Below the pieces are notes generated by a model. It saw only the letters and a program-made list of their open reading frames with translations, made no database searches and had not been told where the DNA came from. Below, piece after piece: positions 25,395 to 35,323 of a stretch of DNA of 54,209 nt (positions are counted from its first letter, which is position 1; every line of letters starts with the position of its first letter). The stretch spans positions 1-54,209 of the IMG/VR virus record IMGVR_UViG_3300008050_000051. The stretch is one strand, 5' to 3'. The stretch is from a virus (Duplodnaviria; Caudoviricetes). The position numbers and the translations under genes were made by a program.

Positions 25395-25573
25395 ATGAAG
25401 TAATAGATGTTGATTCTCTTCTTCTAGAAGCCTATATACTAGTAAAGCGAGCAAATTTTACATATTCCGATGTAAAAACTATGTCTCGTACAGAGCGAAC
25501 TATATTTTTAAAGCTTCTTAGGGAAGATCTAGAGAGAGAAAACGATGCAATTAAACGGAGTACCACTAGTTGA
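25373..25573 (+). CDS. gp51-like / GT-type chaperone extension, probably reached by -1 frameshift
   Basis: -1 frame ORF with YILVKRANFTYSDVKTMSRTER; slippery A-AAT-TTT / T-TTT-TTC at 25373-25382. Confidence 0.6.
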   Translation, partial: KFFRCELDEVIDVDSLLLEAYILVKRANFTYSDVKTMSRTERTIFLKLLREDLERENDAIKRSTTS

Positions 25574-26534
25574 TAGGTTTAATCGCCCAAGTGTTGAGGG
25601 TAAAGTGGCGATTAGAACAATGTTTATTAATGACGGAGAATTTTATGATCCTTATGATGTTAGTGCTTGCACTATATTCGCTAAGTTATCAAACGCTACT
25701 CCAAGCTCTATTGTTGATGTGGATGACGGCCTAATCAAGAGTGATGCTACTTCAGTAGTTTTAATGAACTTCAATATCTCAGGGGATCCTGATAATGCTA
25801 ATGGTCATGATGGGGTACATCCCAGGGTAACTAGTCTACGAATGACAACACCAGACCAGCAAACCGCTAATCTTTTATGGAACCCTCCCTATGTACCAGG
25901 GGATCGGGCAAGTGGAATTTTTAGAGTGGGCGTAGGAGACTATGTTGCTGTTCTAGATGGTAGTATAGACTTATCGGGTACTTATGATATACGATATCCG
26001 TATCAAGGTGGAATTGAGGTAGCTAATGCTGCGTCTGCCGTTCAGGACTATATTGATGTTTGGACCGTTAAGATGGCTCAAGGCTCTGAGTACCAACTGT
26101 TTATTAATAACTTCAGTCTCTATAATGATACCTTCACTACTATTACTGAACCCCTACTAATTACTACTCGCAATAAGTTACTCAACAAAAACTTAAGATA
26201 TGGTGAGCATTTAGATATGAAGATTACTACGGATATAACAGTCCAAAATAATACTCTTCCAGAGGAAACAAAAAATATATTACGAGATTACCAGATAACT
26301 AATCCGCAAATCAAGATTGAGAGAGTTAATGAAGATTCCATTAACCAGCCTGCGAGGACTGAAATTACACCATATGTAGATGCTAATCTTACAACGGAAA
26401 ACACTATTCTTTATAGTTTTAATACTACTAGTTTAGTTAATGTTGTTCCAGCGGGGACATATATTATTACTGCTAAGTATTCTTATTTAACTCAGGATTT
26501 TGTTAGTCCACCGTTCTATTTTACTATTACTTGA
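25545..26534 (+). CDS. putative virion structural protein
   Basis: 329-aa ORF in tail region. Confidence 0.65.
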   Translation: MQLNGVPLVDRFNRPSVEGKVAIRTMFINDGEFYDPYDVSACTIFAKLSNATPSSIVDVDDGLIKSDATSVVLMNFNISGDPDNANGHDGVHPRVTSLRMTTPDQQTANLLWNPPYVPGDRASGIFRVGVGDYVAVLDGSIDLSGTYDIRYPYQGGIEVANAASAVQDYIDVWTVKMAQGSEYQLFINNFSLYNDTFTTITEPLLITTRNKLLNKNLRYGEHLDMKITTDITVQNNTLPEETKNILRDYQITNPQIKIERVNEDSINQPARTEITPYVDANLTTENTILYSFNTTSLVNVVPAGTYIITAKYSYLTQDFVSPPFYFTIT

Positions 26535-26598
26535 ATTTAAATAATATTTTTTAAAAAACATTTAAGAGATAGCCTAGATATGTTAGAGGAAAAATATT

Positions 26599-27171
26599 AT
26601 GCCTACTACACCTTCGATACCTGATCCTATCCAACCCAATCCTAGCACCAACCAGGGATTGAATACTTCTGGAGATTCTAGTTCCTGTGAATTTGCCGAT
26701 TGGCATGTTTCAACACAAGTACTAAATGGTATGTGGAAGAGGGTTTTTGTTTACGATACCTCCCCTACTCACTCTAAAGGAGTCCTGTCTGGTAGTCCTG
26801 AAATTCTTTATAGTTATCTTGACGTTAATTATTCAGTGCAAGTTACTGAAGAAAAAGAGAAAGCTTCTTACTGTAGTGGCTTGTATAGTAAACAAGGACT
26901 ATCACTATTCAGTGACAGCACTACAGGGGGGTTAGGACTTTCAGGAACACTAACAACTAGTTCTGTAGGGTATACTCGCAGAAAATGGGTTCTAAACGAA
27001 GACACGGAAACTCACTGCCAGCAGACAGGCAATGTTGTTGTTGGAAAGATCCCAGGAGCTTACGATCCTACTTACGACACAGCAGCTACTATGGGATCCC
27101 ATGTGGCGCAAATTCTAATGGCTTGCGAAAATAGTTGCCCAACATTTAGACAGAGCTTAGTTGATTATTGA
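26599..27171 (+). CDS. hypothetical protein
   Basis: GAGG SD; 190 aa. Confidence 0.65.
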   Translation: MPTTPSIPDPIQPNPSTNQGLNTSGDSSSCEFADWHVSTQVLNGMWKRVFVYDTSPTHSKGVLSGSPEILYSYLDVNYSVQVTEEKEKASYCSGLYSKQGLSLFSDSTTGGLGLSGTLTTSSVGYTRRKWVLNEDTETHCQQTGNVVVGKIPGAYDPTYDTAATMGSHVAQILMACENSCPTFRQSLVDY

Positions 27172-28141
27172 TTTTATATTCAAAATTGTATGATTGAGAC
27201 ATTTTCTTAACCCAAGAAAATAAATCTTGATCTTCTATGTGTGCTTCGTTCCAATCTTTGTATCCCGAGGGTGGAGGGCAAATTTCAAAGCCCTCCACCC
27301 TCATTTCTTTCCTAACTTCGTCAAACCTCTCAATTCCTCGCTGACCAGCCTTGTCACTGTCATACCCTAGTATAATTTTTCCCTTGTAGGTAGATAAAAT
27401 TTCAGCTTGGTAAGGACTAACATAATTCTTCATGGTAGCAGTAGCATTCACTCCTTGCAGTTGCAAGGCTATAGCATCTAAAGGCCCTTCGCAGACTACA
27501 AGGGAATCAGCAGTTTCATCATAAGGATACAGTATATCGGAGGGCCTGGGAGCAATATCAGTTGAAGGGTTTAAGTATTTCGGGGATTGATTATACAGAG
27601 CGCGAGCTTGAAAGTAAAATACGGTTTTATCGTCTTTAAAGGGTATAATGATTCTATCTGCGAATTTACCTTCCGTGCAAAGGTAAAAAGGGGTCTCTCC
27701 TTCTTCAATTTCTAAATTAAATAGTTTACGCCCAAATAAGAAGTTCCAAGCATCCAAAACTTTTTGATCTTCTGAGAGACCTGAGGTTACAGTGATTGGT
27801 ATCAGCTTACTTGTGTCCAGCTCTAGTTTGTTATCGGACCTATCTAATTCGGGAAGTTCTTCCCCCAAGAATTCAAAGTTCCTAATAATAAGATCTCTCT
27901 GAGCCCTGAAGTAAGGAATGTTTTCTGCCTCTGCATACAGGCGAACAAAATTCCCTGACCTTCCAGTTTTAAAGCACTGCCAAAGACCACTATCTACATT
28001 GACGCTCATGTGCTTCTTCCAGTCATGCTCTGAGAATAAGGACTGCATAATAAACTCTCTCCCGCCAGCGGAGAGTTTTCCGATATGCCCGAAGTTTTCG
28101 TTCAAGTAGTCTCTAATAAACTGAGGTGCTATAATGTACAT
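27146..28141 (-). CDS. DNA primase (TOPRIM; T4 gp61/DnaG-like)
   Basis: RIIIPF, FQARAL, PKYLN, VVCEGPLDA, GYDSDKAG, KDWNE. Confidence 0.9.
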   Translation of the reverse strand: MYIIAPQFIRDYLNENFGHIGKLSAGGREFIMQSLFSEHDWKKHMSVNVDSGLWQCFKTGRSGNFVRLYAEAENIPYFRAQRDLIIRNFEFLGEELPELDRSDNKLELDTSKLIPITVTSGLSEDQKVLDAWNFLFGRKLFNLEIEEGETPFYLCTEGKFADRIIIPFKDDKTVFYFQARALYNQSPKYLNPSTDIAPRPSDILYPYDETADSLVVCEGPLDAIALQLQGVNATATMKNYVSPYQAEILSTYKGKIILGYDSDKAGQRGIERFDEVRKEMRVEGFEICPPPSGYKDWNEAHIEDQDLFSWVKKMSQSYNFEYKINNQLSSV

Positions 28142-28910
28142 AAAAACAATTTCCGAATCTAAGTTCCAAACATTTAAACAATGTCAACTGAAATACCGTT
28201 ATAGGTATGTTGATCGGCTTCCTGAGCCCCCCGAAACCAACACTGAAGCTCTTCACTTTGGGTCATATATTCACAAGATCCTTGAAGATGGAGTGAACGC
28301 AAAATCCCAAGAGGAGATGAAGTTGATTGCTGAAGAAGTAAGAGGCTCATACAAGGTATCAAAGAAGTATGAGGGCAAGGATTTAAAATGTATCGACAAT
28401 TTTCTTAAGTTTAATCCCAAGCTGGCAGAGACGGGAGTTACGGAACTCGTCTTTGAAGTTCCCGTAAAGGATGACATAACTCTGAATGGAATTATTGACC
28501 GTGTAGTAAAGGGTGAGGATGGAGGATATCTTATAATTGATTATAAGACTTCAAAGAGGGAAAAAACTAAAATTGAACTTTACCAGGATACCCAGCTTAA
28601 AGGATATGTTTACGCTATCAGTAAACTATACAAAGTTCCGATTTCAAGTATTGTTGCTGCCCATTACTACCCACTAACAAATAACTTTGTTCATGTACAA
28701 TACTCAGTACCCCAAATTAATGCTCATGTAAGGAAGATCGTTGATGAGGTCTGGAAGATCCGCAAGAAGAAGAAGGAAGAAATGAGGGCTAGTAGGAACG
28801 AATTTTGCTCATGGTGTGCTTATAAGACTGCTTGCCCTGAATTCTGTACCATGCATCAAGTACAAAAAACAATAGATGAACTAAAGGCTACGAAGAAAAA
28901 GAAGTCTTAG
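28134..28910 (+). CDS. PD-(D/E)XK Cas4/RecB-like exonuclease with putative Fe-S ligands
   Basis: CQLKY, GSYIH, GIIDRV, IIDYKT, QLKGY, CSWCAYKTAC. Confidence 0.85.
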   Translation: MYIKTISESKFQTFKQCQLKYRYRYVDRLPEPPETNTEALHFGSYIHKILEDGVNAKSQEEMKLIAEEVRGSYKVSKKYEGKDLKCIDNFLKFNPKLAETGVTELVFEVPVKDDITLNGIIDRVVKGEDGGYLIIDYKTSKREKTKIELYQDTQLKGYVYAISKLYKVPISSIVAAHYYPLTNNFVHVQYSVPQINAHVRKIVDEVWKIRKKKKEEMRASRNEFCSWCAYKTACPEFCTMHQVQKTIDELKATKKKKS

Positions 28911-29193
28911 GGTAAGTACCATATATAAAGGGATGATAGATATCTATCTCTATGGAAACAAAGAAGTTAGTTACTTGTTCTGGCGAGTACTTACATTTCT
29001 TTGTAAGATAATTATAAAGCATTTCTAGCTTGATAGGTTTTTGTTTGCTCATGGCATCCAGAACTTTAAATTGAAAGTGCTTAACAAACTTTTCAGAGTA
29101 TTTATGTCTCCATTTTTCTACAAACCCATAACTAAGCGTTTCATTGATTAGATCAAGAAAGTCTATAATCTCGATGTCTAGGTTATTACTCAT
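28888..29193 (-). CDS. hypothetical protein
   Basis: ORF track; divergent from 29223 across the palindrome TTATATA-T-TATATAA. Confidence 0.6.
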   Translation of the reverse strand: MSNNLDIEIIDFLDLINETLSYGFVEKWRHKYSEKFVKHFQFKVLDAMSKQKPIKLEMLYNYLTKKCKYSPEQVTNFFVSIEIDIYHPFIYGTYPKTSFSS

Positions 29194-29222
29194 GATTTAA
29201 TATTTATATATTATATAAGAGC

Positions 29223-29588
29223 ATGGCGAAATTTTCAAAACAAATTCAGAATTTTTTAAAAGAAGTTGGGGCACATCCAGATCTTCATGTACAATCGGTC
29301 CCTAAAACCGACTCTTGTGCAGTACCTGGAGATGTAGTATTTTTTAGGTATAAGTTAGGTACAGGAGTGGGGAGTAGGAAGGCTAGGTTATTATTGGTAA
29401 CCTTACCTATTACCAGAGTAGCCGGGACAGGCAATTTGTTACTAACAGGATTCAAACTACCTGAAGATGGCAATTATACTCCAGAATCTTTGGAAACCCT
29501 ATATAAAAATGGGAATTTACCTCTCGATAATTTTAGAACCTATATTATGAGTAACATATTTGGTCATCTTAGAAGAATAAGGAAGTAG
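29223..29588 (+). CDS. possible T4 gp2-like DNA end protector
   Basis: PGDVVFFRY...LLTGFKL...FRTYIMSNI is a weak resemblance only. Confidence 0.4.
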   Translation: MAKFSKQIQNFLKEVGAHPDLHVQSVPKTDSCAVPGDVVFFRYKLGTGVGSRKARLLLVTLPITRVAGTGNLLLTGFKLPEDGNYTPESLETLYKNGNLPLDNFRTYIMSNIFGHLRRIRK

Positions 29589-29590
29589 AA

Positions 29591-31330
29591 ATGGTATTAC
29601 CTGTAGTAGGCACAGTAGTAGGAGGAGCTTTAGATGCCACGATGGGGCAAATGATAAAAGCTATAGATAGTTTAAAATCTACTATAGTTGATAGCATTGC
29701 ATTCGCAGATAATGCTCAAAAAGCGTCTCTAGCTTTAGGCCAAACTTATAAAGATACTAATGATTCTTTAGGTCCTACTATGGAAAATCTTAGGGGGGAT
29801 ATGAATGAGCGTTTTGCTGCTGCAATTGTTGGTCTGGAGGTGGGACTTCAAGGAAGTACGCAAGGTATTGCTAGGCTAGTTAATCAACAAAGATTAACTG
29901 GAACTCAATCAGCTAATACAGCTAAAGCCTTTGCAGGGTTAGAAGCTACTTTAGGGTTATCGAGAGAAGAGACTAATAACTTGGCAGCAAGTTTAGTAGT
30001 GACAGGTGAAGAATGGCAAATTAGTACTGATAATTTAGTAGGTGCGATAGATTCACTAAAAGCCACCTTCCCAGCGCAAGCTCTTGCTGGAATGGGAGAT
30101 AAAGTCCAAGGAGCTATGGTTCAATTACAGGCTGAATTAGGCCCTCAGTTGGCAGGACCGCTCAGTAATGTAATGAAAATGGTTATGGATACAAGCATGG
30201 AAGGTTATGAAAAGCTAACCATGCTTGGTATTGGAGATGTGAGAGAACGCCTGTCTGCGTCTCAAAATGCTACAGAAGCACAAGAAATATTAAAAAATGC
30301 AATGGTTACTGCATCGGATAATTTTAAGAACGTTGCAGGAAACGCAGAAGAAGGGTTTTTCCAGATAGGTATTGCTACTGAGCTATTTGGACAGCAAGCT
30401 ATTAATTTTACGACTGTTGCTGATAATTTTGGTGTTAGAGTAAAGAGAGAAGCAGAGGAGTCAGATAAATTTGCTGATTCTCTAGAGGTTCTGCGAAGTG
30501 AAATTCTTCAACCGTTTGCTAAAGCTGTTGCTGAAAATGTCTTCCCTATACTGCTTAAACTTGTTCCATTTTTTCAAAAAGCTATTATCGCTGTAGTTCG
30601 TGGGCTAAGGATAGGTCTAAACTTGTTAGATCCTGCATGGAAGTGGCTTAAAAATTCTATAATGGAAATTTCAGATATGTTCACTTCTAGTAGTGACAAT
30701 ATTAAGACTGCTATTCATTGGGGTATTGTTGTTCCTGTGGAAAGTGTAAAGTTTGTTTTTGGTAGTTTAAAAGCAGGAGTAGGAGTACTACTTTTAGGAC
30801 TAATGAAACTTGCAGAAGGTATTGCGAGAGTAATAGAAAAGATTAGTAGTTTCTTTGGAGGGAGCCTTGAAGTAAATGAAGATCGTGTAAAAAAAATGCA
30901 GGATTTTGCCCTAGCTATGATTGAAAGCGGGGGAGATACTGCACGGTCCTCCTGGGATAGGATTACCATGGATTCTGAAAAATCTGGTGATAAGGCGCTA
31001 AAAGACTTGTCCGATTCATCTAAGATGGGTAATCAATTACTTGGGGGCATAGATGAAGACATGACTAAAAACTTTGCTACACTTGGGAAAATAGAAAAAA
31101 ATACAAAAAATATAGATGATAAGACCCCAGAACTTGTAATATCCCGGCCTAAATTTTTAGATGAGACTGCGGTAATGCTAGGGGAAAGTATAGAGAGGAT
31201 CCTTGGTGTAGGAGGGGATACCACTCCTGAGGAATCACTAGAAGAACAAAAAACTCAAACATCCCTCTTGGCTGGTATTCTAAACACAGCAGGAGGAGTA
31301 GGAACCCCAATTCTAACGGAGATGGAATAA
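29591..31330 (+). CDS. tape measure protein
   Basis: Ala/Leu/Gly-rich helical 579 aa directly upstream of baseplate genes. Confidence 0.65.
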   Translation: MVLPVVGTVVGGALDATMGQMIKAIDSLKSTIVDSIAFADNAQKASLALGQTYKDTNDSLGPTMENLRGDMNERFAAAIVGLEVGLQGSTQGIARLVNQQRLTGTQSANTAKAFAGLEATLGLSREETNNLAASLVVTGEEWQISTDNLVGAIDSLKATFPAQALAGMGDKVQGAMVQLQAELGPQLAGPLSNVMKMVMDTSMEGYEKLTMLGIGDVRERLSASQNATEAQEILKNAMVTASDNFKNVAGNAEEGFFQIGIATELFGQQAINFTTVADNFGVRVKREAEESDKFADSLEVLRSEILQPFAKAVAENVFPILLKLVPFFQKAIIAVVRGLRIGLNLLDPAWKWLKNSIMEISDMFTSSSDNIKTAIHWGIVVPVESVKFVFGSLKAGVGVLLLGLMKLAEGIARVIEKISSFFGGSLEVNEDRVKKMQDFALAMIESGGDTARSSWDRITMDSEKSGDKALKDLSDSSKMGNQLLGGIDEDMTKNFATLGKIEKNTKNIDDKTPELVISRPKFLDETAVMLGESIERILGVGGDTTPEESLEEQKTQTSLLAGILNTAGGVGTPILTEME

Positions 31331-32376
31331 TGGCATATATTGTAGATAGGAAGTTACCCGATAGAACAAAACTTATGTTTTACTATCCTAAACCTACGGA
31401 AGAGTCCGATTATTATGTTGTAGGACTTCCTTTTTTTGAGAATGTTAGTATAAAAGAATCCAAAAAAGCTAGGTATAAAAAATATTCTCTAATATCTAGG
31501 TCTAGTGACCTTTATAGCTATTTAGGAGCTAATTCCAGACAATTATCTTTAGCGTTCACTATCACGTTACCTCACATCGTAGATCTTCATGATGATATAA
31601 CTTTAGATAAATATATAAATTATCAATCAGATAAAGAAAATTTTGAAGCAGAAAAAAAGAAATTTTTAAAACCTTATGAAGCCCTGACTGGGGAGACTGG
31701 GATGGCTTTTAAATTAGGAACTAAGTATACTCAAGATTTAGCTAAAGATACTGCAAAAACTGTTCTGATGAATGCCACCATAACTAATTCTCTAAACTTA
31801 CAGGATAAGCATTTTATTCAAAGTCGCTATGGAATTAGTGAGGGGGATATGAATACTATAAATACTTTGGGGAATGTAACTAAAAATTGGGTTGGTAATC
31901 CCTTATCCACATTTGATGGAGCAGCTACGGCAGCTAATGTTGTAAATGCACAGGAAGCAGCACAGAAGGAAGCAAAACTTAATATTGAAAATAACCAAGA
32001 CTTGGAACTCCGGTATAGGATAATTGATATTATTATTTACTGGACTAATATTATTAGATCAAGTGTAGTTAATTATTCTAAAAATCCTATTTATGGGCCT
32101 CCAATTATTAGATTGAGACACGGAATTATGTACCAAGATATTCCATGTATTTGCACAGCGTATTCTATTGATTATGACGAGGCAGCAGGGTATGACGTTA
32201 ATACATTATTGCCTCGTAGAATAAAATATACTATGAAGTTAGAAGAGATTAGAACAGGTGATTTCGGAGAGTTCGACCCAGCGGATATTATTAAGAAAGA
32301 TAACCTAGCTGGTTGGGAAGCTGTGGTTACAGGGGATACTCATAGCATGGATCCTGGATACGGAGGGATTCTCTAA
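31330..32376 (+). CDS. tail tube initiator / baseplate protein (gp48/gp54-like)
   Basis: Position after TMP; YSYLGANSRQLSLAF, GPPIIRL, CICTAYSIDY. Confidence 0.6.
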   Translation: MAYIVDRKLPDRTKLMFYYPKPTEESDYYVVGLPFFENVSIKESKKARYKKYSLISRSSDLYSYLGANSRQLSLAFTITLPHIVDLHDDITLDKYINYQSDKENFEAEKKKFLKPYEALTGETGMAFKLGTKYTQDLAKDTAKTVLMNATITNSLNLQDKHFIQSRYGISEGDMNTINTLGNVTKNWVGNPLSTFDGAATAANVVNAQEAAQKEAKLNIENNQDLELRYRIIDIIIYWTNIIRSSVVNYSKNPIYGPPIIRLRHGIMYQDIPCICTAYSIDYDEAAGYDVNTLLPRRIKYTMKLEEIRTGDFGEFDPADIIKKDNLAGWEAVVTGDTHSMDPGYGGIL

Positions 32377-32684
32377 TGGCTTCTAAAGGGAACAGTAATG
32401 GTCCATATGTTTATGATGTTAAAGAAGTTAAGCACAGAGGAGTTACTACTACTACAATAGTGAATACTCCAATTTTTGATTCTTTATTATCAGATTTAGG
32501 TACAGCATATAGGTATGATGTTGGGTACGTTCCGAATGGATATCAACATCGACCTGATCTAATTTCTAATATATTTTATGGAAGTCCTAGGAACTGGTGG
32601 TTATTGATGCTTGTAAATGGCATTAGTGATCCAAATGAAGGCTTTAAACAGAATGACAGGATACTTATACCTAAGTTAGCATGA
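32376..32684 (+). CDS. baseplate wedge protein gp53-like (LysM-like)
   Basis: RPDLISNIFYGSPRNWWLLMLVNGISDP...ILIP. Confidence 0.8.
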   Translation: MASKGNSNGPYVYDVKEVKHRGVTTTTIVNTPIFDSLLSDLGTAYRYDVGYVPNGYQHRPDLISNIFYGSPRNWWLLMLVNGISDPNEGFKQNDRILIPKLA

Positions 32685-35323
32685 GAATCCCTACAACAAA
32701 TGTTATTATTGGTTTCGATAGAAAAATTATGGAAAGATTTTTCAGTAATGGGGCCACTTATACAAGTTTACTCAAAGGGCTTAGTTTGAGTGGGCAAGAT
32801 ACATTACTTTTTGATAACGAATCTAATCCTAATTTTATTTCTTTTGAGCATTCTTTAAATTTTGGAACTGGGATGAGAATGAAATTAGAATTCATAGATC
32901 CTAAAGGCCAGTTCGAAGAAAGATACATAAGCGATAATATAATAAAAAATATAGCAGGATTTGAACATAATGATCCAGGAAATAAGGATATAGATTCTTT
33001 TTCAGAGGAAATAAACAAACAAGTTGAGGAGTCTCAAAAAGAATATTCAAAAGAAAATTTTTTACTATATGCCAATGAGTATAAGAAACATTTTGGGACT
33101 AAAGAAATTTATGTTGCTTATGGATCAGGAGAAAATTTAAATCTTTGGTCGGGACCACATAGGACCATATTACAGGGAGTTGATATTGATGTTGCAGGAC
33201 CAAGAAAAATTACAATTACATTAGTTCCAACTGACCAAGCCCTTCAAATGTCCCACCGTCGAGGAGCATATAATGAACTAGTTAATTTAAATTTAGCTGG
33301 ACTTAGGATGCAATTTAGAGGGCAGTCAAAAAAAATTAAATTTGCTACACCAGAAGGAGAGAGGAGCACTGCACTTTATAGTCCGTTGCATTATTATGAT
33401 TTAGGGGAAAACTATTCAGATGACGTAGAAAAAGACACAGAAGAATTAAAAAGTTTTCTACAAAATGCAGATTTAGCTGATTTGGCCTCTAATCTAGGAG
33501 ACTTTGATTTTCATTCGATGATTGTGGATGCTTTAAGAAATTATATACAGCAAGCTACAAATAATCCCAATGTTATTGTACTTCTTCCAAATATAAATCT
33601 CATTTGTAGAAAGTATTTAAACGAGATGGTAAAAAATTCTAGATCTACTTTATCAATAGCAAAAAAATCATTAGAAATTACTTTTGGAAGTTTTGAAAAA
33701 TCATCAGAGTCTAAGAACTATTCTATAATTAAACAAAAGGAGCTTGCAAAAAAAGAATGGTTTGTGAGTTATTTTCTTCAAAGTTTCAATTGTAATCTAT
33801 ACTCACAGTCTAAAATTTCAAATTATCTAGCGGCACTTCCTAACTTTGTATTGGGAAAGTTTCTTTATACGGAAAAGAAAAAGGATTCTGTAGCTAGAGG
33901 AAAAGACTATTTTCTAAATAGGGATTTTTATGCTGTGCTTGAACAAAGTGATAGTGGAAAAATACCTGATCATATGAAGCTGGTAAAAGGGGTTCTTAAC
34001 AAGATAAAACTTCATTCAAAGGAGGAGTATCAGCTAGTGCCAGCGTATTTTTCAGAAACGGATACCAGCATTCTTAATTTCTGGTCTACAAAAAAGGGAG
34101 AAGGATTCCCATGCTCTATTTTCCCAACTCTAGGAGGGTATGATAATTTTAATGCTGAGAAAGAGGCTATTATCGTGGGAGATTTAGCTCTAATTCAAAA
34201 TTACTTATATAGCAAGATAAATTATGAAAAAGCTTTAACTAGTATATCAGAGTATAAAAACCAAGCCGTGGACTATAAAGGCCAACAGGAAACCCATGAG
34301 ACTTATTTTCCAAAGCCTCAAAACCCGTATCAAGATTTTTTAAAACCTGAAAGCAAGTACATAACTGCATCGAAGGGTTTTTTATCGGCTGCTGCAAAAG
34401 AGATACCTTTACATCCTCTTGATAAAATATTACTAACTAATTCTCAATATAGAAATAGAATGCGAAGTTATGTATTTCCAAAATATAAAAAGGGGTCCTC
34501 AGGGGCTTTTGGGGATACTGCATATTTGCCTGATGTATTTGCATACGAGGACGTTAACCTGTCTAAAAAGCAAAAAAAGTATATCCAAGATAATAATATC
34601 CCTGTATTCAGATATAACACTCAAAATCCTAATGTAATAGATATAAACTTTAAATTTGGGTCAATTTATTTTGCAAACTTACTTATGGGATTCAAAAAAA
34701 CAATAGAAAGAAAAGCCTCTGGCGTAGCAGCAGGAATTTTGCCTGTAGGAAATGGATCTTTTCCTATAAGAACTAAAGGTGATGCTATAGCTTATGTTAA
34801 GTTAAAAGAGTTTACTTTAGGTTTGGATGAAAAAGAGCGAAATAATTATTCGACTGAGTTAGCAGCATTGATGACTCCAGATCTCGTTAGTTCTATAGGT
34901 AAAAGTACTCCTGAAGAAGCAGCGGATTGGGTAGCAACATTTATAAAGGAATCAAAAGAAACAAAGTATAAAGGGCATGTGTTGATAGATCAATTATTGC
35001 CAGGAAATCCACAAAGTATTATGACTGATTTTATGGAAGAGACCTATAGAAAAGCCCTTCAAATGCAAATTAAAACCCTTCCAACTTTTCATTTATCAAA
35101 TATTTATAACATAAATACAGACACTCTTGTTTTCGCCCAGGACGCTAAAATTGCACAAACCTCTCCCCCAGAAAGAACTCTAATTAATTCGTTTTATAGT
35201 GGTATTTATAAAATAATGGGGTTCCGGCATATAATTAATTCTGGAAGTGCCCACTCAGAATTTAAATTAGTTAAGAATGTTGCAAAGTATAATATAGAGG
35301 AAGAAAGTCGAGAGGATTTATAA
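32681..35323 (+). CDS. baseplate hub protein (gp27-like, enlarged)
   Basis: Position between gp53 and spike; C-terminal YSGIYKIMGFRHII...SEFKLVK. Confidence 0.6.
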   Translation: MRIPTTNVIIGFDRKIMERFFSNGATYTSLLKGLSLSGQDTLLFDNESNPNFISFEHSLNFGTGMRMKLEFIDPKGQFEERYISDNIIKNIAGFEHNDPGNKDIDSFSEEINKQVEESQKEYSKENFLLYANEYKKHFGTKEIYVAYGSGENLNLWSGPHRTILQGVDIDVAGPRKITITLVPTDQALQMSHRRGAYNELVNLNLAGLRMQFRGQSKKIKFATPEGERSTALYSPLHYYDLGENYSDDVEKDTEELKSFLQNADLADLASNLGDFDFHSMIVDALRNYIQQATNNPNVIVLLPNINLICRKYLNEMVKNSRSTLSIAKKSLEITFGSFEKSSESKNYSIIKQKELAKKEWFVSYFLQSFNCNLYSQSKISNYLAALPNFVLGKFLYTEKKKDSVARGKDYFLNRDFYAVLEQSDSGKIPDHMKLVKGVLNKIKLHSKEEYQLVPAYFSETDTSILNFWSTKKGEGFPCSIFPTLGGYDNFNAEKEAIIVGDLALIQNYLYSKINYEKALTSISEYKNQAVDYKGQQETHETYFPKPQNPYQDFLKPESKYITASKGFLSAAAKEIPLHPLDKILLTNSQYRNRMRSYVFPKYKKGSSGAFGDTAYLPDVFAYEDVNLSKKQKKYIQDNNIPVFRYNTQNPNVIDINFKFGSIYFANLLMGFKKTIERKASGVAAGILPVGNGSFPIRTKGDAIAYVKLKEFTLGLDEKERNNYSTELAALMTPDLVSSIGKSTPEEAADWVATFIKESKETKYKGHVLIDQLLPGNPQSIMTDFMEETYRKALQMQIKTLPTFHLSNIYNINTDTLVFAQDAKIAQTSPPERTLINSFYSGIYKIMGFRHIINSGSAHSEFKLVKNVAKYNIEEESREDL

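Noticed and set aside
28134-28910. Cas4 as evidence of a CRISPR system or as the array's recombinase
   Set aside because: Solo Cas4-like nucleases are common in phage replication modules; 16 kb from the array with no linking evidence
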